Assembly: GCA_905178155.1 (NCBI GenBank) | Contig: CAJINV010000019.1 | Location: 1,038,913-1,102,912 of the forward strand | Reading direction: 5' to 3' | Length of the DNA stretch: 64,000 nucleotides | Origin: Amoebophrya sp. A120 | Lineage: Eukaryota > Protista > Dinoflagellata | Notes under the pieces: generated by a model | What the model was told of the DNA's origin: nothing | What the model saw: the letters and a program-made list of their open reading frames with translations, nothing else | Databases searched by the model: none | Made by a program: the position numbers and the translations under genes | Shown: one piece after another, positions 49,078-59,359 of the stretch | Position numbering within the stretch: position 1 is the first letter of the stretch | How the letters are laid out: every line of letters begins with the position of its first letter

Positions 49078-51100
49078 TCATCCCTCCGTCGGCTGACTCT
49101 CCTCGGCAGCTGCTGGCGCGACGGCATCTACTTCCGCTTTGCCCTCTGTTTCCGGCGCGGGCGCCGCAGCCGCGGCTTGCTCCTCCGCCGCCGCGGCCGG
49201 TGCTTCTACGGGCTCCGCCGCTGCGGCCTCCGTCGCTTCCTCAGCCGCAGGCTGGTCCTGTTCCGCCGCGACCACTGCCTCATCTGCCGCTGGAGCCTCC
49301 GCTTCGGCTGTCGCATCAGCAGGTTCCTCCGCAGCTTCTGCTGCCGCAGTTGTAGCAGACTCGTCGGCCGCAGCTGTTGTGCTTTCGGCTACTGCAGCCT
49401 CCGCGGGTGCTTCCTCCGCGGCAGCAGCGGTCGGTTCTGTGGCGGGTTCCTCTGCAGCAGCTACAACTTCTTCTGTTGCCGTGACACCCTCTTCCGCAGC
49501 CGGTGTTCCTTCCGCAGCGGGGGCGGAGGTTTCATTTCCTTCTTCCACCGCGACCGGAGCCGTGGTTGCCTCCACTTCTACCGCTGGAGTTTGCTGCTGT
49601 TCTGTCGTTTCCTCCGGCAAGACAATGGCCGCTGGTGCTGGTGTTTCTTCTGCCGCCGGCACAGCAGGTGGCTCTTGCAGTTCTTCACCCACGGAACCAG
49701 CAGCTGCAGGAGCTTCGGGGGTTAGATTTTCGTTTTCCTCCGCCGCAACATCAGCTTCCGGTGCAGCAGCAGCTTCTTCCGTTGTTGCGGCCGCAACAAC
49801 AGTTTCATTTTCCTCCGCCACTGTGGTATCAGTTGCGGCCGCTGGTGCAGTAACAGTAGCAGCTTCATCTTCCGGAACAGCAGCGGGGGTAGTGTCCGCC
49901 TCTACTCCTTCCACGGTCGCAGCTGCTGCTGGCTCTGCTACATCTTCCGTCACAACTGCGGGTTTTTCTGCTTCTTCAGCAACTTCAGCTGCCGCCGGCT
50001 CTTGTTGCTCTGTGGTAGCGGCCTCTTCTTGTTGTACCACCTGCTCCGCCGCGGCGGGTTCTACTACTTCCTCCGCGGCCTGTAGTTCTTCGACCGCAAC
50101 AGGTGCCTGCTCCTCGGCCGCTTCTGGCTGCTCCGCTGACCCAGCTGCTCCTGCTGTTTCCTCCACTACCGCTGCTTCCGCAGGAGCGCCAGGGGCTGAT
50201 GACTCTCCTGGTACTACTGCAGCTGCTTCTTCTGTGACGTCGACCGCTGCTGCGGAATCGTCCTCCACGGCAGGTGGGCTGGATTTTTCCTCGACAACGT
50301 CTGCTGCAGGAACTACAGCAGGTGCTGCTTCGTCTTCTTCTGCCTTCACTTCTTCCTCCACTACTTCGTCCTCCCTCGTGGACTGCAACTTCGCGTCCTC
50401 TTGCGTTGTTTGGAGCGTCTGGCCGATCTGGTCGTGCGTGCCCTCCTGAAGATTCACCACCTCTTCTCCTGCCGCGGCTTCTAGCGTTGTGTGGTGGATA
50501 CCGCTGGCTTGCAGTTCCTGTTCTATGCAAGAAAAAAACTGTTTAAGTGTAACTTTCGAGGAGGAACAGCATCACAAATTTGCTCTGCATGACAGAGAAA
50601 ACCTCCCATGCGTAGCTGGTACGTGGAAACACTTACAAGAAGAAGCTCTGATGCATGTCCAGCATAACAAGTGTAGGTGTTTTGCATCCTCTGCAATACA
50701 AATATTACACTTACACAGTTTTTTTCTTGCATATGTTCGGATTCCGATTTAATTTGGTTCTCGTGCTCCACCTGGCCGGCGTCTATCGCAAGAAAAAACT
50801 GTTTCACTGTGAACTTGTGATGCATAGAACGGAACGCAAATGTGTTTGTCTTGCTACACATGCAAGACATTGGATTTTTAGCTGTGTTTTCCCTTAGGAA
50901 ACACGCATGCCAAGTTTTCTTTGTCATGTGCAACAAACTCGTGACGCAGATCTTGCAAAATCATCACAGTGAAACAGTTTGTTCTTTGCATAGCGTCCGA
51001 GTTGGAAATAATCATGGGGTCGGCCATCAGTTCCATCACATCGGCAACAACGGTCTCAACGACCACGTTCGCTGCCTTCTGCTCCTGATCCTGCAGATTT
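49078..51100 (-). CDS. acidic Ala/Glu/Pro/Thr-rich repetitive protein; 5' end unresolved
   Basis: 460-aa ORF extended upstream in frame across two family E introners. Confidence 0.75.
50524..50733. mobile_element. introner family E (210 bp)
   Basis: TIR TATGCAAGAAAAAAACTGT.TAAGTGTAA; DR TGTTC/TGTTC. Confidence 0.95.
50784..50992. mobile_element. introner family E variant (209 bp)
   Basis: TIR ..AAACTGTTTCACTGTGA; DR GCGTC/GCGTC. Confidence 0.93.
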
Positions 51101-51475
51101 TTGTGTAGTTGTGTGTATTGCACGTAGCACCGTCGTGGGATTGGGAATGAAAGTAACAATTGCAAGAAATAAAGGTAGTTCATGAGAGTTCTTGTACACT
51201 ATTCATCACATCATGCTTGTCGATCCTTATGCGGCTAGTTTTCTTTTTTGTAAAAATCAAAACAAAATGATTGATTTTATCATACCACGTGCGCAAAGGC
51301 GGCATCGTAGTCATCGTCTCCGGTTGCAACGGCAGCCCGTTTTCTTTTCGTCGTCGAAGAGGAGCTGCTGCTAGAGGCGGTTGCTTTTTGACCTGATATG
51401 ATTTTCATTTTCTTTTCCTCGCAAAAATAAAATCCTTCACGCATTTCTTCATTTTTCCTACGTACTGTGATTTTT

Positions 51476-54400
51476 GATTTTGTTCTTTATTTTCGTCACG
51501 TAAAAATGTAATATCACGTGAAACGGACAGATTTCGGCACGCAAGGTCTCTGCGAGAAGCAAGAAGGGGGGGCATCAGTTGGGCAATGCAAAAACGACAG
51601 CGAGCGCACAACCCCCCACACACGAGCGGCACATAGATATGCAAAAACGAGCGCGCACTTTGATAGTAAAGGGGAACTATCTAGCGGCCCAAAAAAGAAA
51701 AACAAAATGAAGGGAAAACAAGCCCCGCCTGAGTGAGGCGGAAGCAAAAAAAATACTTCTGCGCCTTCGCCTGCCACTGCAGACGCCATCATGCAAAATC
51801 GGCGGGGGGCGCAATCGCGTGTCGTGTCGACATAACATAACAGCACAGCAGTTGTGTCAGGAGGAGGAAAACAACCAAAGGAGAAGCCAAAAATAGGCCA
51901 CGAGCTACGATCTTCGCCTTCCGTTGCTGATCGTAATTCGTGACCAGGCGGCGATACGTCACCGGGGTAGAGCCTCGGGGCTACCGGATGGGAAGACACC
52001 GGGCGCAGGCACGGAAAAACACCTGTGGGGCGACCGAACAGAACACAGAGGAATATAGGGGAAGGGGATTCTCCGTTGGGTACTTTCGGAAGTGAGGAGG
52101 GGCTACAGGCTAAAAACTTTAAAACTCGGGGGCAAGGGCGGCAACTAAGCTATGTGCGTGTTGGCACGCGCGGCCCGTTCTATTCTATATAAAAAAGGAT
52201 GAAAATGAACAAAACTCATACGCTTGTAGTTGTGTTCTTGTTCGACCAAGCACAAGAGGCCCGGTGGGCTCTTCAGTGCGAAAACGGGTGGGGGGGTACA
52301 GCAGGGGTATGGGTCTCTAGGTGGCAGCGAAAGGAATTCAAACAAAAAGCCGCAGTCGCGGTAACTATTCGAAGACAAAAAACCAAGGGATCGGCCCGCA
52401 GGGGTGCAGGTGGTATCTGGGGGCCGAGTGTCCTGCCACCTAGGGTAAATACAGGGGGCCAATTGCCGCAATCTTACAAAGAAAATGCTTCGACTTTGGA
52501 GAGCAAAGTAGTACAGGATCCCCAAAGGGATGTGATGCAAGTCGCGGCCTATGGGACTTTTCTCAGAATGTTCCGACACAACAACTAGAAGCTAAAATCC
52601 CCTGTCCTCAACTCCTGGGTAGATAGTTGCGTTAGGCTCGGACGGGGCAAGTTGATCTCGGGTGAAATCAAAATATCCTGGATTGGGCTTTTCTCTTTTT
52701 ACTTTGTGTCGAACGTAATACAAGAAGAGAAATCCAGTGGACCTTGGTTACCCGGCATCTCCCCCGGGGGATTTTGTTCTTTATTTTCGTCACGTAAAAA
52801 TGTAATATCACGTGAAACGGACAGATTGTCCTCGAAACGCGCGAAGCCTGTTAGCTTCTTTTCTTTCGCGCCACACAATAGGCGTGGCACCCGCGAAAAG
52901 GACTGCGTGACCGCCCAAAAGAAAATCCTCGCGCGCAGGCAGCGCACGAAATTTTCATGCCCACGCGCCTGCCACGGCACTTGGGCGTCGTGCGGCCGTG
53001 AAGGAGCGCGCGCCACTCCAACCGCCCAAAAGACAAAGCCCGCGCGCGCCACGCAGGTCAGGTTGATTCATTTCAACCAATACGCCTGGCGCGGTGCGCG
53101 TGAAGCAACGCGTACCCCCACACAAAAAAAAAGCCCGCGCGCCCGCAGCGCGCGAAAATATTAAATATTCACACAACTCCACTGCGTGTGCCGCGCGGGC
53201 AAGGGGGAGTGTGCGGCCGCTAATAAAAAAAACGCGCGCGCAAATTTTTATTTTTCGATACCAGCACGCCGCAAGATGTGGCGCGCGGGCCGGCGAAAAG
53301 GGGCGCCCGGCTGCTCACACGAAATAGCCCGCGCGCACGCAACGCGCAGAACTTTTTTTCATTTCCGCCGCGCCGCCAGATGCCGCACATAGGCGAGCAA
53401 GAGCGTCCGGCCGCTCAAAAAGAAGCCCGCGCGCGCGCAATGTGCGGGAATATTCTTTATTTCCCCTACGCCGGCCGCCAGGTCGGTGCGGAGTTATTCT
53501 TTCTTTCCCCGCAACGGACTGCGGGCAAAAAAAGAATGAAAAAGCTGAACCCCCCGGGGCCGAAACATGCGCAGGAGCCTTTTTCTCCGTCCATGGGCAC
53601 GGAACGAGAAGAGCACTTTGAAAAACTCAAGCGAGGGCGGGCTTTTGCGCCAGAGGAAGGTCAACAGCTTTTGCGCCAGGCGCAGGCGAAGATCAAACGC
53701 AATTGAAGACAAAGCGGGAGCCGATAGATTCGACGCGGGAGAATCTCTATAGGGAGAATCTCTATTGGGCGTCGGGAGAATTTCTATAATATTTTTTTTT
53801 TCTAGACATGTAATACGTCACGTAAAAATGTAATATCACGTGAAACGGACAGATTGTCCTCGAAAACCTATCCTCTAGGCTGCCCCTAGCATGATTGGGC
53901 TACCTCTGGCCTGCCGGGGCTGCCGAGCAACAAAAGCCGATCTTGCTGGGCTGCCCAGCAAAGACGAAAGTGAAAGCCTGGGCTGCGTGCCAGCCTGGGC
54001 TGCGTGCAGCCCTCTACTGGGCTACCTGCCTAGGCTAGTTGCTAGGGCTGCCAGCCTAGCCGAGCACAGCCTGGCGCGCTAGGGCTGCTGACCTAGCGAG
54101 GCACAGCCTGGCTTTGCTTGGGCTGGCAGCCTAGCAAAGCCTGGGTTGCAGCTGGCTGGCAGCTGCCATCTCAGATAGAGAATCTCCATCTGAGATAGAG
54201 AGTCTCCATCTGAGATAGAGAATCTCCATCTGAGATAGAGAGTCTCCATCTGAGATAGAGAATCTCTATCTGAGATAGAGAATCTCTATCTCAGATGGAG
54301 AATCTCTATTTCGGTTTCGCCACTGGTGGAGAAGCTGCTGAAATATAAGAAAAAGACGTGGGAAAACAGTAAGAAACAGAAAAAGAAAAAAAGAAAGAAA

Positions 54401-54560
54401 AAACAAGAAAGATATTCCATCCCTCATGGAGAATTTCTATTCTCCTCCGAGAATCTCTATTTCAAATAGAGATTCTCTGAGATTTTCTATTTCGAGAGCC
54501 GTATTGTCACGTAAAAATGTAATATCACGTGAAACGGACAGATTGTCCTCGAAAACCTAT
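51476..54560. repeat. four dispersed direct copies of a 39-bp core separated by three long inserts
   Basis: GTCACGTAAAAATGTAATATCACGTGAAACGGACAGATT starts at 51495, 52789, 53817 and 54506. Confidence 0.95.
54166..54305. repeat. 20-bp minisatellite, 7 copies, quasi-palindromic unit
   Basis: Unit CYATCTSAGATAGAGARTCT repeated in tandem. Confidence 0.95.
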
Positions 54561-56312
54561 TCTCTACCTGTTTCCTTTTTCCCGCTGGATCCGCTGGAGG
54601 TGGATTTTCCCACGAGTACGTCCACTGTCTGCACCCTGGTAAGTTCCTGGTCATCCACCTCCAGGTCCTCCATCAGAGACACGATCGGCGCCCGTCTCTT
54701 CTGCGCCAAAGGACTCAATTTTTGCGCGTTCGGGTTGAAGGGCACGACTTTCTTGAACCTGTTCGTAAGTGAGTAAAAAATAAATGTGTGTAATTTTCTA
54801 TGCACGACGAGAAATCTGTGCAGCACTTTCGCATGCTGATAACATTTTTTTCTTTTAGTTTCACTGCACGCATCACAGATTGTTCTCATGCCTGGAGAGA
54901 ACTTCATTGTCAATCGGAACAATCTTCGCAAAAATAACTACAGACGTAAAGAAAAATAGTACCCGCTCCTGACGTAACTCCGACTCTTCATGTAGGATTG
55001 CTGCTGAATCTCCCGCCGGATCTCCTTCGTCGTTTGCACGGTGGTGAGGCGCTTGGCCAGTAACTCGTTCTCCATGTAAATTCTTCGGGCCTCCATCCTT
55101 CTTGCCCCCTGTGCCTTCGCGTCCGGAGATCGCATGCGGTCCAGCATCTCCCCCGGTTTGCCTGTCATAGTAGAGAAAGAGGTTTTGGTTTTGTGGATAA
55201 CAATTCTTGTTTCGCATGCGACATCACAGTCTACTTTTTCTGTGAAACACGAACGACCGAATCCTCCTGGTAGGTCCTCTATGGACTGTAGGTCCTGAGG
55301 AGCAATCGTATGGATGCATCATACATAAATAGAAGCGAAGATGTAAAAGCCGTATCGACTGCATGTAGTAAGAAAGTACCTTGTGGCGGCAAGTAACCTT
55401 CTCCGTTTCGGATGCTGACTATTCTGTCGATAATGCGCTTGTATCAAAATGAAAAATCCCCCCTCCCCATATCAAAGTGGAAATTTATGATGCTGATTTG
55501 CGTACACAAATCCGACTTGTCTTGCATTATGGCACTCCGGCCAGATCCGCAGCCTAGGTGGGAGCGCTCAGGTCTAGTTGCTCAGCATTGCAAACGGCTA
55601 CCCTCTAGGACCAACAGCATGCCAAATCGCTTCACAATTGGCCGGATGCCTCTGCACTTGTCTTCTTGCAAGACAAACCTGATTTGCGATCAAAAAGCAG
55701 CAACACAAATTTTCGGAGACATTCCTTTTCAATATGGGGAGGGGGGATTTTTCCTCTCAATAGCTTGTTATCCTTGCCCAGAACTCGATTCTGCTCCGCT
55801 AACCGATGGGCCCGAGCCATCTCGACCATCTTCGCGCGCGTGCCTGATAAGTAATTTTGTGTTTTCCTGCTTTTCTTTGTTCTACTACGCACCACTACAC
55901 GACTTGCACGACCACGCTTCAACAGCTGCAGCTCAGAGTCAATAAAACCAATGCACATCAAGCGCCTGCTTAGCATCTGCATCGAGTGGACTACATATCC
56001 TGTGCAAAAGTATCGCTCTCGTAGTAATCGCAATTACGCATTACAAATCTGGTTCCCAAGGCAAATCAGCATGACAAATTCCATTTGTCATGCTGAGCAG
56101 GAATTTGTCATGCTGAGCGAATTTGTATTGCAAGCATTGAATCTAGTACCGTCCGCGCATCCGGGTGGTGTGTTGTCGATATGGGACTGCGCGTTCATGA
56201 TTCGGTCCTTCATCTTAAAGTAGTCCCGCTGCCAGGCTCGCTGTTCCGTGACGGGTGCACGCCAGAGCGGCGGCGCGGGCACCGGGGGCCCCTGCTGCCG
56301 CTGGTAGTACAT
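54557..56312 (-). CDS. CFAP97/hemingway (KIAA1430)-domain flagellar-type protein, multi-exon
   Basis: Motifs KDRIMNAQSHIDNTPP, EQNRVLGKDNK|RIIDRI and ARRMEARRIYMENELLAKRL fit the family pattern (from recall, not a database search). Confidence 0.65.
55442..55762. mobile_element. introner family B (321 bp)
   Basis: B-type TIR; DR GCTTG/GCTTG. Confidence 0.95.
55996..56149. mobile_element. family C introner remnant with one TIR lost
   Basis: Left end TATCCTGTGCAAAAGTATCG and the interior match 22539-22688 inverted; the right TIR is absent. Confidence 0.8.
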
Positions 56313-57497
56313 GATCTTTTTTTCTCTGCAATAAGATCTGGCTGCTCTCGTCCTTCAGCTGCAGAAAATACACCAGTATAGAAGTACAACCGCCACTTAT
56401 GCTTCTAGACGTATGAGAAAAAAAAACACAGCTTCCCGCTAGGAAAGTCGGAGAAGTAGGGGGTGTCGGATTTATTAGGACTTCGATTCAAAAAAGTTGT
56501 ATAGGCCTAATATACGGTACTATTTCTATTTGGTTGTAGCAGTCCTTCTAGGCGGGCTCTTGCTTAATGTGTTCTGGAGCGTTAAGGTTGTTCTACTTGT
56601 AAACGGCTACTGTAACTGGTTTGTTTCTTCGGACTACAAAGTTTTGCTGTAGTTCACTTGAGCTGCACTTGGAGACCACGCTGTCAACCAGTTGTACAAC
56701 TTCTAGACCACGTAGTCAACGGCCTGAGGTGAGGGTACTAAAAACCAAACGTCGTATGAAGTTGTATTGCCGGATAATTTTGAGCACGACGCTGAAAAAT
56801 TAATGTGAAATTAGTATAGTAAGTTAGTTGTCCTGTGAAAATAAAGTTGCGGAAGTGAATATGGTCACAAGAACCTCTGAGTTTTGGTTCCATGTTGTAT
56901 GTGTCTTTGTCTCAACCACGAAATGAGTAGAACGTACGTTGATATTGTTCAAGAAAGACATTGTTGAAGAACGACGTGCGTGCGGTTTTTCTTTTCCCAA
57001 AAAAAATCACAGAACGAAGAGACGCAACAGAACGTTCGTTTTGTTCTTTGGACGACGTAGTACTTCTCTATTTGACAACGTTTGGACGAGGGGTCACGAA
57101 TACTGTCTTCCCACACCGAGTCGTGAGAAAAGAAATCAATCTGTGAAGACTGTTTTTTGATGAAAATGTTTTTTCTCCTCGAGCGGAATCAAGCAAGAGA
57201 AGCTTGACACGAACCGAATCAAAGAAAGAACAGAAACAACTTGTGCATTCCATTTTTCCAGTCTTTTGTGGGTATCTCGAACGAATGATTTCCGAACTTT
57301 GGCGTGAGCATCTTGCGTGTTCAACCAATCGGTCAACATTGGTGGAGAACCTAAATTTCGTTTATTCCCATTCCCTGAAAGCATACCCTTCCCTCTTCGT
57401 TCTAGTCGTAGAAAGTAGGATAGTTTTCTCGGTTTTCTTACGTAAAAATACGCACTTCTGTCAAGCGCAGTCGTGTTTTTATTCTTAATTCGGTCTT

Positions 57498-58360
57498 TCA
57501 TACACTCGCTCGTATATGAAAGTCGTTTTTTAGTTTTCGGTATCTACAAAAGACTTGGGCCAAGTAGAAAAATAGTAGCACACCGTGTAGCTTGTTTCCT
57601 TTGATGCCTCCCTTGTACTCATGTACGGTACCATCCGCGGTGGTCCACTGGAACACTCCCTTCGACGGCTTGTCGTCCTTCCACTCCCCCTTGAAAACGG
57701 AGCCGTCGCAGTACCTCATGGTGCCTTTCCCCGACCGCTTTGATTTGCTCCACTGCCCTTCGTAGGATGGTTCCTGGTTCCCCGCGCAATCGGCAGCATT
57801 AGAGTGGTACACCATTTTCCCGTACCCGTTTTGCGTGCCCCCCTCGATCTCCCCGATGTATGCGCGCAGAGATAAAGAAGGGGGGCTGCTTTCTTCGGTT
57901 TCATCTTCCGAAGGAGCCAAAGGCCTGTTTTCCGCCACCAGAGGAGGTGGATCATGCTCGCCCACAAGCACAACGAATCTTTGCATCCCGAACCATTTGC
58001 CAGGCGCGCGTTTGGCGACGGTATCGTCACAGTACGATTGCAAAGCGCCGTCCACTATTAAATGCAAAAATGTCTGGGTCTGGAAGAGTCATGCTGTTTT
58101 TGCATGACACTGAAGGTCTGGCATGGAACCTCTAGCATCACAGGTTTCGAAAAGCTTCCGCAATGCCGAATCCGCATGACAAATCCCCCATTTTGGGCAC
58201 AGAAAGTGGATAGCTTTTGCTACCTATGCATGCCAGATTTTTCTGTGTCCTGAAATGCGCATCACAAGTTACATCCTTCCAGCCCCAGACATTTTTACAA
58301 TCCATATCCAATGATTCTCTATTTGGCAACGTTTGGACGAGGGGTCAGCACGAATACGCC
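57498..58360 (-). CDS. MORN-repeat protein, partial paralog of 59360-61919 (possibly a pseudogene)
   Basis: YIGEIEGGTQNGYGKM, YEGQWSKSKRSGKGTM, FKGEWKDDKP; high nucleotide similarity to about 60800-61205. Confidence 0.7.
58056..58306. mobile_element. introner family A (251 bp)
   Basis: A-type TIR; DR TCCAC/TCCAA; absent from the paralog. Confidence 0.95.
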
Positions 58361-59359
58361 TGTACAACTTTTTGCGTTGAAAACTACGTGACGCGTGTTC
58401 TACTTCAGTTTTTCTTCATCTTTGTGGATCCCCAATTGCAGTCCACATCAGGAGAAACATAGCTAGAAAAGGAGTTCCAGCTTCTTCCTTTGAGTTTGCA
58501 CGAACTGATGGTAGCGTCGGACGGACTTTCATCATTTTTCACGTACAATAAAGTACTTACGTCGTGGGGGCACGCTGCTGCCTCTTCGAATGCATCCACC
58601 GCCGAGTGATGTTGAACAAGATGAAGTACATACACAGATAAACGCACGGAGCGCTTCAACAAGTAACAAGTATAATGCCCAGAAGATTTATCGTTACCAG
58701 TCTCATTTACTGCTGGCAATTCGAACAGCTCGAGGACCACAAATTCAATCTCGTCGCTTTTCCTACTTTTACAAAAAAAAATGTGTTTTTTCAACATGGG
58801 ATTGATTCATTGAAGAGAAAATTACATGTATGGTTGACAAAGAAGTGTTAGCAAGCACGATGGTATTGTTTTGGAATTATGCTTGAAACTAGAAGATTAG
58901 GCTTTTTGGGAAAATGTCAGGACTACTTTATGAAAGAAGTATGGGGATACTTACGGGAAATTAAAATCGTCTCTTGTTTGAAAAAATCGTCGTAGTGGGG
59001 GCTACTTGGTATTGCTCTCGCAATCGGATACGGATTTAGTTTTAGAGTGGTACATCTTTCATCAAACGACTGCAAATGGAAAGTCGAAGTGTTTAGTAGT
59101 ATATTATTTGCGAAACAAAGTATAGTTTTTTCGCAGCGTTGCTCCAAAAAGAAACGAAAACTTTAATATGCTAAGAACAAAACGAAAAGAATCAAAAAGT
59201 GTGCCGAAACTACAAAAGTGAACTTCTTCTGAACCATTGAACGAATTTTGATAATCGTGAGGATCATGGGGCAGCTAGTCCTAGCTGCCAGTCGCTGCTG
59301 TCGCGGGACCGTCCTACACGATGAGGTCGCCGATGTCCGTCCCCCACGATGTGGGGTCG

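Noticed and set aside
49139-50449. 436-aa plus-strand Ala/Ser ORF
   Set aside because: Antisense shadow of the Ala/Glu-rich minus-strand gene.
51495-51533. Spliced-leader or snRNA gene
   Set aside because: No match to the dinoflagellate SL (DCCGTAGCCATTTTGGCTCAAG) or to recognisable snRNA motifs.
51476-54560. Canonical CRISPR array
   Set aside because: Spacers are 0.6-1.2 kb and unequal, repeat boundaries shift, there are no cas genes and the context is eukaryotic.
840-58306. Recurrent ORF peptides such as KMSGSGR, LPDPDIF and YGEGGFF suggesting a repeated protein family
   Set aside because: They are translations of introner TIRs, not genes.
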